Shown here in pieces: positions 1-10,028 of a DNA stretch of 64,000 nt. This stretch comes from Minisyncoccota bacterium (GTDB lineage: Bacteria; Patescibacteriota; Minisyncoccia; Phycocordibacterales; CAJBRS01), in NCBI GenBank assembly GCA_017881075.1, contig JADGRH010000002.1, positions 21,654 to 85,653 on the forward strand, in the 5' to 3' direction. A program made the translations under genes and the position numbers. The notes under the pieces are model-generated. The model saw nothing but the letters and a program-made list of their open reading frames with translations. It had not been told where the DNA came from and made no database searches. Position 1 is the stretch's first letter. Each line of letters begins with the position of its first letter.

Positions 1-19
1 GATCAAGGTCAAGGTAGGC

Positions 20-553
20 ATGCAGCTCTGCTTCAAGGAAGTGGACCACCGAGACCTCTACAAGGTAGTAGGAGTCTGGGGTCTAAAGAACGACTACGAA
101 GCCGCTTCCAAGAAGGTCGTGCTCTATCGCGCTTTCAAGAAAGGCGCGAAAGGGATCAAGGTCTTCGAGGGATCGCTTCTGCAATTGCAGAAGGCCGGAA
201 TCAAGGAAGAAACCATCTTCTTCCGGGTGCAGGGCGGCAAAGCCGTCCGTTGCAAAGATCCGCGACCAGCGCCTGTCACAAAACCAACTGTCGGCGCTGT
301 GGAGCCGATTGCAGAGAAACCTGCGCCGCCAGCCGAAGTGTTCAAAGTGGTACTCTGCACTCTTGACGGGAGTGGCGAGATCGCAAAGGACGGATTCGCC
401 GGATCGCTCACCCAACTTATGGAGAAGTATCCAAACGGCGAACTCAACCCGAGTGAATTGGTGGAAGTGGAGTTCTCGGTCTGTCATGACTTTCCATCCG
501 CTCCGTTCGTCTCGTGCGGAGATCCGCGACCAAAACAAGCAGTTGTAGCCTAG
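20..553 (+). CDS. hypothetical protein with two internal repeats, probably 5'-truncated by the window edge
   Basis: Frame is open back to position 2; motif GSLxQL...CxDPRP occurs twice; followed by a terminator. Confidence 0.6.
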   Translation: MQLCFKEVDHRDLYKVVGVWGLKNDYEAASKKVVLYRAFKKGAKGIKVFEGSLLQLQKAGIKEETIFFRVQGGKAVRCKDPRPAPVTKPTVGAVEPIAEKPAPPAEVFKVVLCTLDGSGEIAKDGFAGSLTQLMEKYPNGELNPSELVEVEFSVCHDFPSAPFVSCGDPRPKQAVVA

Positions 554-567
554 AAAACAGGCTAAAG

Positions 568-603
568 AACGCCCCGCCGGCCTAGTTTCGGCGGGGCGTT
601 TTC
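568..603 (+). terminator. intrinsic terminator
   Basis: AACGCCCCGCCG / CGGCGGGGCGTT stem followed by a T-rich tract. Confidence 0.75.
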
Positions 604-627
604 TCTTGTCTTTTCCTAGGGGAAAAG

Positions 628-697
628 TGTGGATAACTCTGTTGTGAAGTGGATGGTGGTGGTATAGAATATTAAGTAAGTGGGAAGAAGTGGTAAA
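628..697 (+). promoter_or_regulatory. mraZ upstream region: DnaA box and GTGG direct repeats (MraZ boxes)
   Basis: TGTGGATAA at 628-636 (reverse complement of TTATCCACA); GTGG repeats at about 10-bp spacing before mraZ. Confidence 0.55.
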
Positions 698-705
698 AAG
701 ATATT

Positions 706-1140
706 ATGCTCATCGGCGAATACACACATACAGTAGATGACAAAAGTCGCGTGTCACTGCCGATGAGATTCCGAAAGGAGCTTGGCAGGAAGGTAGTTGT
801 GACGCACGGATTGGATAACTGTCTCTTTCTATATCCATTGAAAGAGTGGCAGAAGATCTCTGAAAAATTAGGAGCGCTTGGAATGGGTCAGGCCGATACG
901 CGGGGATTCAATAGAATCATTCTGGCCGGAGCGGTAGAGATTGATGTCGATTCCATCGGTCGCATTCTCATTCCGGAATTTCTTTCCGAGTTCGCGTCGC
1001 TCGCCAGCAAGGTAGTTTTTGCCGGCGTTCACAATCGCATTGAGATCTGGAACGACAAGAGATGGAAAGAGTACAAAAAGAAAGTCCTTCGCCAGGCAGA
1101 TCAGCTCGCTGAGAAGTTGGGAGAGATAGGAGTAATCTAG
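706..1140 (+). CDS. mraZ: transcriptional regulator MraZ
   Basis: Two AbrB-like repeats (DDKSRVSLP, DSIGRILIP); first gene of the dcw cluster. Confidence 0.95.
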   Translation: MLIGEYTHTVDDKSRVSLPMRFRKELGRKVVVTHGLDNCLFLYPLKEWQKISEKLGALGMGQADTRGFNRIILAGAVEIDVDSIGRILIPEFLSEFASLASKVVFAGVHNRIEIWNDKRWKEYKKKVLRQADQLAEKLGEIGVI

Positions 1141-1142
1141 TC

Positions 1143-1196
1143 GGCTCTCCGATGCTAGCCTTTAGAGAAATCTAGAGACTAGCATCTGGGAGCGGA
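1143..1196. repeat. intergenic palindrome (REP-like)
   Basis: CTCCGATGCTAG...CTAGCATCTGGGAG imperfect inverted repeat between mraZ and rsmH. Confidence 0.45.
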
Positions 1197-1206
1197 AGTT
1201 AACAAA

Positions 1207-2106
1207 ATGAATAACGTCCACACCAGTGTTCTTTTAAATGAGGTAATAGACAGATTGGATTTCCAAGACGGTGATGTTTTTCTCGACGCTACTTTAGGTG
1301 GCGGAGGACATAGCGCCGAAGTGGCTAAAAGATTTGGAGAGAAGGTAGAGATCATCGGATTTGATCTCGATCCTGCAGCCCTTATAAGAGCTGAGGAATC
1401 AATTCGACCTTTCAGTCGAAAATTTACTTTTAAGGTCGCAAATTTTCGGCAACTAGACAAAGTGTTTGATGAACTTGGCAAACCGAAAGTAAACAAAATT
1501 TTGTTTGACCTCGGACTTAGCTCCAATGAATTATCTTTAGCCGGTAGAGGGTTCAGCTTTCAGAAAGATGAGCCGCTTCTGATGACTTTTAGTGAACCGA
1601 AAGAAGGAATGCTTACAGCCAGAGAGGTTGTCAATAAATGGCAGGAAGAGAATCTAGCAGATGTCATCTACGGATTTGGCGAAGAAAGATTTTCCAGGAG
1701 AATTGCTAAAGCTATCGTGGAAGAGAGGAGAAAACAGCCGATTGAGAGTATTTTTCAACTAGTCAGGATCATTGAAAGGGCAGTGCCTACGTGGTATAGG
1801 CATCAGAAACTCCACTTCGCCACCAAGACCTTTCAAGCTCTGCGCATCGCCGTTAACGATGAATTAGGGGCACTTCAAGAAGGATTAGCGAAAGGTTTAG
1901 ATTATTTAGACAAAAATGGCCGAATGGCAGTCATCTCCTTTCATAGCTTAGAAGATCGCATAGTCAAACAATTTTTCAATAATAAAAAGAAAGAAGGCAT
2001 AGTCAACATTATTAACAAGAAACCAATTGTGCCGGAAAGAACGGAGGTAAAGCAGAACCCTCGTTCTCGAAGCGCAAAATTAAGGCTTATAGAGAAAATC
2101 AAATGA
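1207..2106 (+). CDS. rsmH: 16S rRNA m4C1402 methyltransferase
   Basis: HTSVLLNE, DATLGGGGHS, ISFHSLEDR and NPRSRSAKLR motifs. Confidence 0.97.
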   Translation: MNNVHTSVLLNEVIDRLDFQDGDVFLDATLGGGGHSAEVAKRFGEKVEIIGFDLDPAALIRAEESIRPFSRKFTFKVANFRQLDKVFDELGKPKVNKILFDLGLSSNELSLAGRGFSFQKDEPLLMTFSEPKEGMLTAREVVNKWQEENLADVIYGFGEERFSRRIAKAIVEERRKQPIESIFQLVRIIERAVPTWYRHQKLHFATKTFQALRIAVNDELGALQEGLAKGLDYLDKNGRMAVISFHSLEDRIVKQFFNNKKKEGIVNIINKKPIVPERTEVKQNPRSRSAKLRLIEKIK

Positions 2107-2423
2107 GAACGCACGCACTGAAATTAAACAAACTAGAGACCCCAATGATATTTTGGGGGCTCCTGTTTGCTCTGATTCTTTTTGCCTTTCTCTACGTATT
2201 CTTGATTAACAAAACAGTCTTAAATGTGGCTGGGCGGCAACGAGCGGAGAAAAGCATTAGCGCTCTCAACTCAGAGACCGGCGAACTTGAGGCGGCCTAT
2301 ATGAGCATGAAAAGCGGCATTGATCTAAATTTGGCCCACTCTCTAGGCTTTAGCGCCACCATTAGTACTAAATATATAAATCGCACAACTCTCGGACAAC
2401 TCTCAAGTCGTTCTGTCGAATAA
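2103..2423 (+). CDS. FtsL-like cell division protein
   Basis: Single TM helix plus coiled coil, located between rsmH and the PBP gene. Confidence 0.65.
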   Translation: MRTHALKLNKLETPMIFWGLLFALILFAFLYVFLINKTVLNVAGRQRAEKSISALNSETGELEAAYMSMKSGIDLNLAHSLGFSATISTKYINRTTLGQLSSRSVE

Positions 2424-2428
2424 AGTAT

Positions 2429-4123
2429 ATGCGTATACGGATCCTCTCAATCGGCATAATTATTTTTGCCCTCTTTCTGGCAAGCAAACTTTATTTAGTA
2501 CAGATTGTTCAAGGAAATGATTTTATCCAAAGAGCCGACAGACAATATGTCCAATCGCCTGATTCAATCTTCAGTCGCGGGGCGATTTATTTTACTGATA
2601 AAGACGGCACTTTAATTTCAGCGGCCACTTTAAAATCCGGTTTTACTCTAACTATTAACCCTCAAGTTCTCTCCAATCCGGAAGAGGCTTACAAGAAAAT
2701 CAGTGCCTTATTGCCGACCCTTGATCAGTCGGCTTTTTTGGTTAAAGCGGCCAAAAAAGCCGACACCTACGAAGAAGTGGCATTAAAGGTTGAATCCGAT
2801 GTTGGCACGGCCATCGATCAGTTGAAAATTCCAGGGGTCAATATTTATAAATCACAATGGCGATTCTATCCTGGCGATACTCTGGCCGCTCACGCTCTCG
2901 GCCTTGTGGCTTATAATCAAGACCAGTTGGCCGGCCGTTACGGTTTGGAGAGGACCTATGAAAATACCCTTTCCAGAACCAACGATGATGTTTATGTTAA
3001 TTTCTTTGCCGAAATATTTTCCAACATTGGCAAGACTATCTCGTCAAGTCAATCTCTGGAAGGAGACATAGTGACCACCATTGAACCGACCGTTCAGGCT
3101 ACTCTTCAAAACGAATTAGATGGTGTTAAGAAACAATATTCCTCGGATAGCGCAGGAGGTATCATCATCAATCCAAAGACCGGCGAAATTTATGCCATGG
3201 CTCTGACTCCGAGCTTCAATCCGAATTCCTTTCAAGATGAAAAAAGCTCGGCTGTTTTCAGTAACGACATAGTAGAAAATGTTCACGAAATGGGTTCCAT
3301 CGTCAAGCCTTTCACCATGGCTATCGGATTAGATACCGGCGTCATTAATGCCACTACCATGTATAACGATGTTGGCTCAATGACTGCAAACGGCAAAACC
3401 ATTCATAACTTCGACTTAAAAGGGCGCGGATATATTTCTCTCCAGGAAGCTCTGGGAAAGTCGCTGAACACCGGCTTTGCTTTTGCTGAAAGTAAGATTG
3501 GAAATAAGGATTTCTCTGATTATATGAAGAAGTTTGGATTGGGGGAGAAAACAGGTATTGATTTGCCGAACGAAACCTCCGGACTGATCAGTAACTTGGA
3601 CAGTCCGCGAGATATTGAGCATTTCACCGCCGCTTTCGGACAAGGAATCGCCATGAGTCCATTAGAGATGGTGCGAGCAGAAAGTGCCTTGGCTAACGGA
3701 GGCAATCTGATCACACCTCATCTGGTAAAACAGATTAATTATAAGTTAGGTCTGTCTAAAACTATTGACCCACCGGCAGGTCCTCGTGTGCTTAAGCCGG
3801 AGACATCGGAAGCCATCACTAAAATGTTGGTGGAAGATTTTGACACATACCTTCAAAATGGCAAAGCCAAGAATCCAAATTACAGCATCGCCGAAAAAAC
3901 CGGCACCGCTCAAATAGCACTGCCCTCCGGCAAGGGTTATTATAATGATCGCTATCTGCACTCTTTCTTTGGATATCTCCCGGCTTATAATCCGCAATTT
4001 TTAGTCTTCATGTATACTGTCTATCCCAAAGGTGTCCAATTTTCATCCGAAACATTAGCACCGGCATTTATTGATTTAACCAAGTTTTTAATTAATTATT
4101 ATCAGATACCGCCAGACCGATGA
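2429..4123 (+). CDS. ftsI: class B penicillin-binding protein (FtsI-like)
   Basis: SxxK (GSIVK), SxN (KSLN) and KTGTAQ motifs; dcw context. Confidence 0.88.
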   Translation: MRIRILSIGIIIFALFLASKLYLVQIVQGNDFIQRADRQYVQSPDSIFSRGAIYFTDKDGTLISAATLKSGFTLTINPQVLSNPEEAYKKISALLPTLDQSAFLVKAAKKADTYEEVALKVESDVGTAIDQLKIPGVNIYKSQWRFYPGDTLAAHALGLVAYNQDQLAGRYGLERTYENTLSRTNDDVYVNFFAEIFSNIGKTISSSQSLEGDIVTTIEPTVQATLQNELDGVKKQYSSDSAGGIIINPKTGEIYAMALTPSFNPNSFQDEKSSAVFSNDIVENVHEMGSIVKPFTMAIGLDTGVINATTMYNDVGSMTANGKTIHNFDLKGRGYISLQEALGKSLNTGFAFAESKIGNKDFSDYMKKFGLGEKTGIDLPNETSGLISNLDSPRDIEHFTAAFGQGIAMSPLEMVRAESALANGGNLITPHLVKQINYKLGLSKTIDPPAGPRVLKPETSEAITKMLVEDFDTYLQNGKAKNPNYSIAEKTGTAQIALPSGKGYYNDRYLHSFFGYLPAYNPQFLVFMYTVYPKGVQFSSETLAPAFIDLTKFLINYYQIPPDR

Positions 4124-5421
4124 AAAATGTATTCAAACAAATTGTAACGACAATAATTTGGTGGCAATCACAGATAATTTTGCGTAAATATCACCCAAAA
4201 ATTGTGGCCATTACCGGAAGCGTAGGCAAGACCTCCACTAAGGATGCCATTTATGCAGTGCTTGGAAGCGCCTATTCTGCCCGTAAAAGCGACAAAAGCT
4301 TCAATAGCCAGCTAGGAGTGCCCCTCACCATCCTCGGCCGTCCCAACGGCTGGAATAGCTTCTGGCTATGGTTCAAGAACATTTTATGGGGCTTCAAGCT
4401 TATCTTTACTCGATCTAAATATCCCGAGTGGCTAATCCTAGAAATCGGAGTAGATAGACCCCGAGGCCTCTCCAAGTTGACAAAATGGCTTCGGCCGGAC
4501 ATTGTCGTCATCACTCGATTCGGTAAAGTACCGGCGCACGTAGAATTCTTTGATTCAAGAGAAGGAGTGGTGGCCGAGAAGGGAAGTTTGGTGAAGGCTC
4601 TCAAACCCGGAGGACTTTTAATATTAAATGGTGATGATGAAGACGCTATGTCTTACAGAGATCGGTCAAAAGAAAAAACTTTGACTTACGGAGTGGAATC
4701 ACTATCAACTTTACGTGGGGGGAATTATTACATCACTTACAAAGAAATAAATGGATTCAGTTTCCCCGAAGGTTTTAATTTCAAAGCCGATTACGATGGC
4801 AGTAGTGTGCCGGTATCAATTAGCGGTGTTATTGGGGATCATCATATGTACCCGATCCTAGCTGGTCTATTGGTGGGCATCTCTCAAAATCTTCCGCTTT
4901 TAAGTATTACTGATGTTTTCAAAAATCATCTACCACCGCCAGGCCGGATGAGTCTGGTGCCCGGCGAGAAAAACACCATGATTATTGACGACAGTTATAA
5001 TGCCTCGCCGGTGGCATTGGAGGAAGCTCTGAAGAGTTTTGAAGATGTGAAAGGGAAAGGCCGGAAAATTACTATGCTCGGCGATATGCTGGAGATCGGT
5101 CGCTACTCGGCTGATGAGCACAAAAAACTGGGAGAAAAAGCGGCCGCTATTTCTGATATTTTGATAACTGTCGGTATTCGAGCGAAATATATTGCCGAAG
5201 GAGCTCTCTCTGGCGGCATGAGCGAGAAAGTTATTTATCAATACGAAGATTCGCGGGAAGCGGGTAAATTTTTAGAAAATCTACTAAAACCTGGCGACCT
5301 GATTCTAGTAAAAGGCTCGCAAGGAGTGCGAATGGAAAAAGCGGTGGAAGAGATCATGGCCGAGCCGGAGAAGAAGAAAATCCTACTGGTGCGCCAAGAC
5401 GAGGAGTGGGCGAGGAGATAG
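4120..5421 (+). CDS. murF: UDP-MurNAc-tripeptide D-Ala-D-Ala ligase
   Basis: AITGSVGKT, DDSYNASP, LGDMLEIG and LVKGSQG motifs. Confidence 0.93.
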   Translation: MKNVFKQIVTTIIWWQSQIILRKYHPKIVAITGSVGKTSTKDAIYAVLGSAYSARKSDKSFNSQLGVPLTILGRPNGWNSFWLWFKNILWGFKLIFTRSKYPEWLILEIGVDRPRGLSKLTKWLRPDIVVITRFGKVPAHVEFFDSREGVVAEKGSLVKALKPGGLLILNGDDEDAMSYRDRSKEKTLTYGVESLSTLRGGNYYITYKEINGFSFPEGFNFKADYDGSSVPVSISGVIGDHHMYPILAGLLVGISQNLPLLSITDVFKNHLPPPGRMSLVPGEKNTMIIDDSYNASPVALEEALKSFEDVKGKGRKITMLGDMLEIGRYSADEHKKLGEKAAAISDILITVGIRAKYIAEGALSGGMSEKVIYQYEDSREAGKFLENLLKPGDLILVKGSQGVRMEKAVEEIMAEPEKKKILLVRQDEEWARR

Positions 5422-5481
5422 AAGAAATAAAAACGGCTCCCATTCCGATAAAGGGGAAGGGGAGCCGCAAACCGCTTTGAA

Positions 5482-6234
5482 CTAAGCAAACATTGCAAAC
5501 GCTTTGGTCAGAGCGGTAGTGACTGCGACAGAATTAAGATCACCATCCACGGTGCTAACTAATCCCTCCATGTCGATGTTCAAGTGCGGGTATTTCGCCG
5601 CAAAGGGCTCAACTGTACGCATCGAATCTGGCCCTATGCCACCGGCGAGACCGACATCCCATCCCGCATTCACTAAAGTGGGAATGAATTCCCAGGCCTT
5701 GACCGGATCAAACGCCTCGCCTTCTCCACCGCTCGGATCATAAAGCACTGCGTCAATGGAATGGCGGTAGAAGTAGAGCCTCTTCAGTGCTTCTCTTGCA
5801 CTGTCACCGACCTTCTCAATCGCTCTTTTGCTGAGTTGAAGCACCAACCCAGACTCGTATCTCGTAGCAAGACGGTAATCGTCAATATGACGAACATCCG
5901 GCCACGCCATGTTCAACTGGAAGCCGTGCAAATTGCGTCCGGCCAACTGATGGATTGTAACCATGTCGCCGACAAGAGAACCCGGGTGTCCTCGTCCGGT
6001 ATAATGGACAAGGTTGAGAACCCGTTCGTCCGAAAGACACAGTTTCTCAATGTGCTCGGGTGAAGGGTATCTTTTTGCCCACTTCGGATTTTTCATTGGA
6101 ATTCGGCGCAATGATTGTGCCGAAACCAAGATACCGACCATCAGCTTACATCGATGACCATGTGGTACTGACTGAAGCGCAGACAGAATTTGTTCCGGCT
6201 TGGTAAAGCCAGTCACACCAATATATTGATTCAT
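5482..6234 (-). CDS. phosphoribosylanthranilate-isomerase-like TIM-barrel protein
   Basis: LYDPSGGEG, GLAGGIGP and IDMEG motifs resemble TrpF; start taken at MNQYIG. Confidence 0.55.
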   Translation of the reverse strand: MNQYIGVTGFTKPEQILSALQSVPHGHRCKLMVGILVSAQSLRRIPMKNPKWAKRYPSPEHIEKLCLSDERVLNLVHYTGRGHPGSLVGDMVTIHQLAGRNLHGFQLNMAWPDVRHIDDYRLATRYESGLVLQLSKRAIEKVGDSAREALKRLYFYRHSIDAVLYDPSGGEGEAFDPVKAWEFIPTLVNAGWDVGLAGGIGPDSMRTVEPFAAKYPHLNIDMEGLVSTVDGDLNSVAVTTALTKAFAMFA

Positions 6235-6283
6235 TCTGAAATTGAATCTAGCAACTTTGAAAGAGAAAAGCAAGAAAATTTTA

Positions 6284-6355
6284 TGACCCTACAGAGAATC
6301 GAACTCTGGTTCCAGCCTTGAGAAGGCTGTGTCCTAGCCGCTAGACGATAGGGCC
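6284..6355 (-). tRNA. tRNA-Glu(CTC)
   Basis: Full cloverleaf GGCCCTA...TAGGGTC-A; anticodon arm CAGCC-TTCTCAA-GGCTG; T-loop TTCGATT; CCA not encoded. Confidence 0.95.
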
Positions 6356-6442
6356 GTCTTTGATTGACTAATAAAAGATAGCATAGTAATTTGAATCTAG
6401 AAATAGAAAACACCGTTAGTAGGAAAGGACAATACAACAAAC

Positions 6443-7168
6443 ATGATGAACGTTTTAAAGTTAGGCAGAATCATTCTAGCAGCAGATGAGCTAGGTCTTG
6501 CTCAATGCTTGAACCTGGTGTCCAAAATTGGAGCACGTATTTATGCCGTCAAGATTCATAATCTCTTCGACCTACACGGTCCGAAGGTAATCAAACAACT
6601 GCGCGACGCAGGTGCTCGTCGTATCTGGGTCGATGCCAAGTTGCACGACATTCCAAATACGGTCAAGTTGCGAGCTGCTGCCATCGCCAAATCAGAAGCA
6701 GACATTCTCACAGTCCACGCCTCTGGTGGGGTGGATATGATGAGAGCAGCCAAAGAAGGAGCACCCAATATGAAAATCTACGCCATCACAGTTCTGACTT
6801 CTCTGGATGATGAGCAGGTCAAGAACATTTACGGTAAAACTTCTGCCTTGGAGCAAGTATTGTACTTAGCTTCAATGGCTGGAACTGCTGGGTTGAATGG
6901 TTTAGTCTGTTCGTCCAGGGAAGTCGGTACTCTCGGGCCAATATTTGAACACATGGATCGTGTCGTGCCCGGAGTCCGTTCGGCAGGCAAGGATGCAGGC
7001 GATCAGAAACGCATTGACACTCCCGCCGCGGCCATCAAGGCTGGGGCGACGCATCTGGTCGTCGGTCGGCAAATCACCCAAGCAGTGAATCCTTTGGCAG
7101 CCTTGAATGAAATCGAAATGGAAGTGGCGGTGGCTGAAAGCGAAATGGAAGGAGGGAAGTCAGAATGA
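6443..7168 (+). CDS. pyrF: orotidine-5'-phosphate decarboxylase
   Basis: DAKLHDIPNT catalytic motif, VPGVR, DQKR, VVGRQI. Confidence 0.95.
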   Translation: MMNVLKLGRIILAADELGLAQCLNLVSKIGARIYAVKIHNLFDLHGPKVIKQLRDAGARRIWVDAKLHDIPNTVKLRAAAIAKSEADILTVHASGGVDMMRAAKEGAPNMKIYAITVLTSLDDEQVKNIYGKTSALEQVLYLASMAGTAGLNGLVCSSREVGTLGPIFEHMDRVVPGVRSAGKDAGDQKRIDTPAAAIKAGATHLVVGRQITQAVNPLAALNEIEMEVAVAESEMEGGKSE

Positions 7169-7884
7169 AGAGACAATTACTTCCGGACGAAGTTTGCTCC
7201 ATGAATCTCGACGAAATCAGAACTCTCCGAGCAGAGGACTTTGGTAGAGAATTAACTTTACGAGAGTTTAATCATGTCTTGGGGGAATGTGATGCTATGT
7301 GGTTGCACTCAGGCAATCGGCGAGATCCACACGCTGTAACGACTAAAGGTCAGTGCACCGACGGCTTCATTGACACACTCCGAGCTTTAAAGTTCACGAA
7401 CGTTTGTCAGATTATGGCAAAACAGATTGTCTCCCGCATTCCATCCACTTACAATGGTGGAATTGACTGGGTAATCGGTTCAGATCACGCAGGAGCCACT
7501 CTGTCTTATGCCGTTGCCTCACTTCTCGGCGCTCAGCACGATTTCACCGAAAAGGGTCCAGATAAAACTCAGATCTGGAAACGCTTCGAGATCAAACCGA
7601 ATGAGATGGTGCTACAAGTCGAAGAGTTGATCACCACAAGGAGTACACTGGAGGCCGTGCGGGCAGGAGTTCGGGCGGGGAATTCCACCCCCGTCAGATT
7701 TGTGCCTTTTAGCATAGCATTGGTACATCGTTCGGATCACTATGAAATGGAAGGTGAACCAATTCACTTTGCTTATCACTATAACATTCAAACCTGGCCG
7801 CCAGCAGAATGTCCATGGTGTGCACAAGGTTCTGAACGCCTTCTTCCCAAAAAGAATTGGGCGAAACTGACCAGCAAGGTCTAA
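7165..7884 (+). CDS. pyrE: orotate phosphoribosyltransferase-like protein
   Basis: PRPP loop VLQVEELITTRST, C-terminal CPWC, overlaps pyrF; divergent. Confidence 0.7.
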   Translation: MKRQLLPDEVCSMNLDEIRTLRAEDFGRELTLREFNHVLGECDAMWLHSGNRRDPHAVTTKGQCTDGFIDTLRALKFTNVCQIMAKQIVSRIPSTYNGGIDWVIGSDHAGATLSYAVASLLGAQHDFTEKGPDKTQIWKRFEIKPNEMVLQVEELITTRSTLEAVRAGVRAGNSTPVRFVPFSIALVHRSDHYEMEGEPIHFAYHYNIQTWPPAECPWCAQGSERLLPKKNWAKLTSKV

Positions 7885-8015
7885 AGACGACCTCGGGCTT
7901 CATGTGAAATATTCGTGAAGCTCTTTTTATTTTCACATCTAAAATTTTCCCGCGGAAAACAATGTCTTTTGTCTTAAAAAATTAAAAAACCGAAGCGGGC
8001 GGAAAGACGCTTCGG

Positions 8016-8270
8016 TTAGTATTGATCCGATTCAATCGCTTTTTTGGGAAATTTCTCTTTTTTTCTCTTTCTGACCTCTGGTTCCATTCGTAGGAGAAGG
8101 TCCATGTAAATCGAGGAATCTTTTTGTTTTGAGGTTCCAAATTCCGCCAGAGCGGCCTCTAAGGCAGGGCCATTTTCAAGGCCTCTCCTCTTTAGTCTCA
8201 AGGCCGCTTCAAAAACTTTGTCAGGATCAAATCCCAAATTCATTGTTTGTTGTTCGGGTGAGGTGTCCAT
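8016..8270 (-). CDS. hypothetical protein
   Basis: 84-aa ORF downstream of yqeY. Confidence 0.6.
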   Translation of the reverse strand: MDTSPEQQTMNLGFDPDKVFEAALRLKRRGLENGPALEAALAEFGTSKQKDSSIYMDLLLRMEPEVRKRKKEKFPKKAIESDQY

Positions 8271-8316
8271 ATTTTTCCAATTGATATTTTAAATAAAATT
8301 AGCTTTTTAGCAATCT

Positions 8317-8769
8317 TCAATTAAATAATTTTTCCACCACCTCTTTTACATCTGCACCATCTGCCTTTCCTTTCAATTCTTTCATCACCGCCCCCATCAG
8401 TACCCCCATCTTGGATTTATCCGCGTTCATTTCCGCCTTTTTGGCTTCGGCGATCTTTTTGATCTCATCTTTACCCATCATCTGTGGTAAGTAGGCTTCA
8501 AGCACTTTCATCTCCGCTTCTTCGGCGGCCGCCAATTCCTCGCGGCCGCCTTTCCGAAACTGCTCAATTGAATCTTTTCTTTGTTTTACTTGTCTGCGAA
8601 TGACGTTCAGCACTTCCTCATCTGACAATTCCGCATCAGGCTTTCTCTTTGTTGCCACCAATTCATTAGTAATCGCCGCTGAAATTCCTCGTAGGGTGTT
8701 CAGCCGCATCGTCTCCTTAGCTAGCATGGCTTCTTTTATTTGATCTTTGATTTGTTGTTGAAGTTTCAT
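8317..8769 (-). CDS. yqeY: GatB/YqeY domain protein
   Basis: KQRKDSIEQFRKGGR, YLPQ, MGVLMG, GKADG. Confidence 0.92.
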   Translation of the reverse strand: MKLQQQIKDQIKEAMLAKETMRLNTLRGISAAITNELVATKRKPDAELSDEEVLNVIRRQVKQRKDSIEQFRKGGREELAAAEEAEMKVLEAYLPQMMGKDEIKKIAEAKKAEMNADKSKMGVLMGAVMKELKGKADGADVKEVVEKLFN

Positions 8770-8785
8770 AATAATTTCGAATAGT

Positions 8786-8924
8786 CTGGTGTGGCCCGTA
8801 TCGCTCCTGCCCGACTTTCCTCCTCTGCTGACTCGGAAGAGTCGTTCACGAGCTCTCCGGGAACAACCTGGACGATTGGGTATTTCACAGCAGACCTATG
8901 GTGGTGCTGCTAATCCAGGTTCTA
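8786..8924. repeat. 139-bp dispersed structured repeat, copy 1
   Basis: Matches 13072-13210 with 2 mismatches; several internal hairpins. Confidence 0.9.
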
Positions 8925-8948
8925 ATTATAGCATGTTATAATAAGCCT

Positions 8949-10001
8949 ATGTTAGAGCTTTTAATTAGTGTTTTAATACTCATTGGGATTGTTACTGCGG
9001 TCCTTTTATTTAGACAACAGAAAGGAACTCCGATGGCTCCCGACGACAAAAGCCTCGGTCTTCTATTACAGCAAATGAACGAGCTCCGCCGAACCGTGGA
9101 TGAAAAAATAGGGGAGGCTGGCAAGATGATGAATGAGTCGGTAAAGACACAGTTCAGCGAATCGGCGAAGCTGATTCGCGACGTTACTCAAGGCCTTACC
9201 AAACTCGATGAGACCAACCGTCAGGTTGTTTCCTTTGCCGACCAGCTCCAATCTCTCCAAGATATTTTGAAAAATCCGAAACAGCGTGGAGTACTTGGCG
9301 AATACTATTTAGAAACTTTGCTGAAAAATGTCATGCCGCCGGACTCATATCAAATGCAGTATGCTTTCAAGGACGGTACGATCGTTGACGCCGCTGTTTT
9401 TGTAAAAGACAAGATCATCCCCGTTGATTCAAAATTCTCATTGGAAAATTATAACCGCATGGTGGAAGAGAAAAATGAGACGGAAAAAATTCGATTGGAA
9501 AAGCTGTTTGTCAGTGACCTAAAATTTCGCATCCAGGAAACTGCCCAATACATCAAACCGGCGGAAAATACCATGGATTTTGCTTTCATGTTCATTCCTC
9601 ATGAGGCTATTTACTATGATCTGCTCGTAAATAAGATTGGCGCTTTGAATACCGAAGACACTGAAAATCTAATCCAGCGGGCAGCAAATAAATATCGCGT
9701 ATTAATTGTTTCTCCGACCTCCTTTTTGGCCTATCTACAAACGGTGATGCAGGGATTAAAAGCTCTTAAGATTGAGGAAACGGCCAAAGACATTATTAAA
9801 AGGGTAGGGGAGTTAGGAAAGCACCTGAAAAGTTATGAAGAGTACCATAGCAAGCTTCGTAATTCTCTCTCAACTACTGTCAATCATTTCAATGCCTCCA
9901 GTCAGGAATTCAAGAAAATTGATAAGGACGTGATGCGTATCAGTGGTATCTCCAATGAAATTGAGACGGTGGCTGTAGAAAGGCCTCTGATTGAAGAATA
10001 A
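8949..10001 (+). CDS. rmuC: DNA recombination protein RmuC
   Basis: KQRGVLGE, VDSKFSL, FMFIPHE and VSPT motifs; start follows TGTTATAAT. Confidence 0.93.
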   Translation: MLELLISVLILIGIVTAVLLFRQQKGTPMAPDDKSLGLLLQQMNELRRTVDEKIGEAGKMMNESVKTQFSESAKLIRDVTQGLTKLDETNRQVVSFADQLQSLQDILKNPKQRGVLGEYYLETLLKNVMPPDSYQMQYAFKDGTIVDAAVFVKDKIIPVDSKFSLENYNRMVEEKNETEKIRLEKLFVSDLKFRIQETAQYIKPAENTMDFAFMFIPHEAIYYDLLVNKIGALNTEDTENLIQRAANKYRVLIVSPTSFLAYLQTVMQGLKALKIEETAKDIIKRVGELGKHLKSYEEYHSKLRNSLSTTVNHFNASSQEFKKIDKDVMRISGISNEIETVAVERPLIEE

Positions 10002-10028
10002 AAAAGCCCCCTACAGAAAATAGCGGGC

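Noticed and set aside
628-636. Replication origin suggested by DnaA boxes
   Set aside because: Only isolated single boxes (628 and 29787); no cluster and no dnaA gene nearby.
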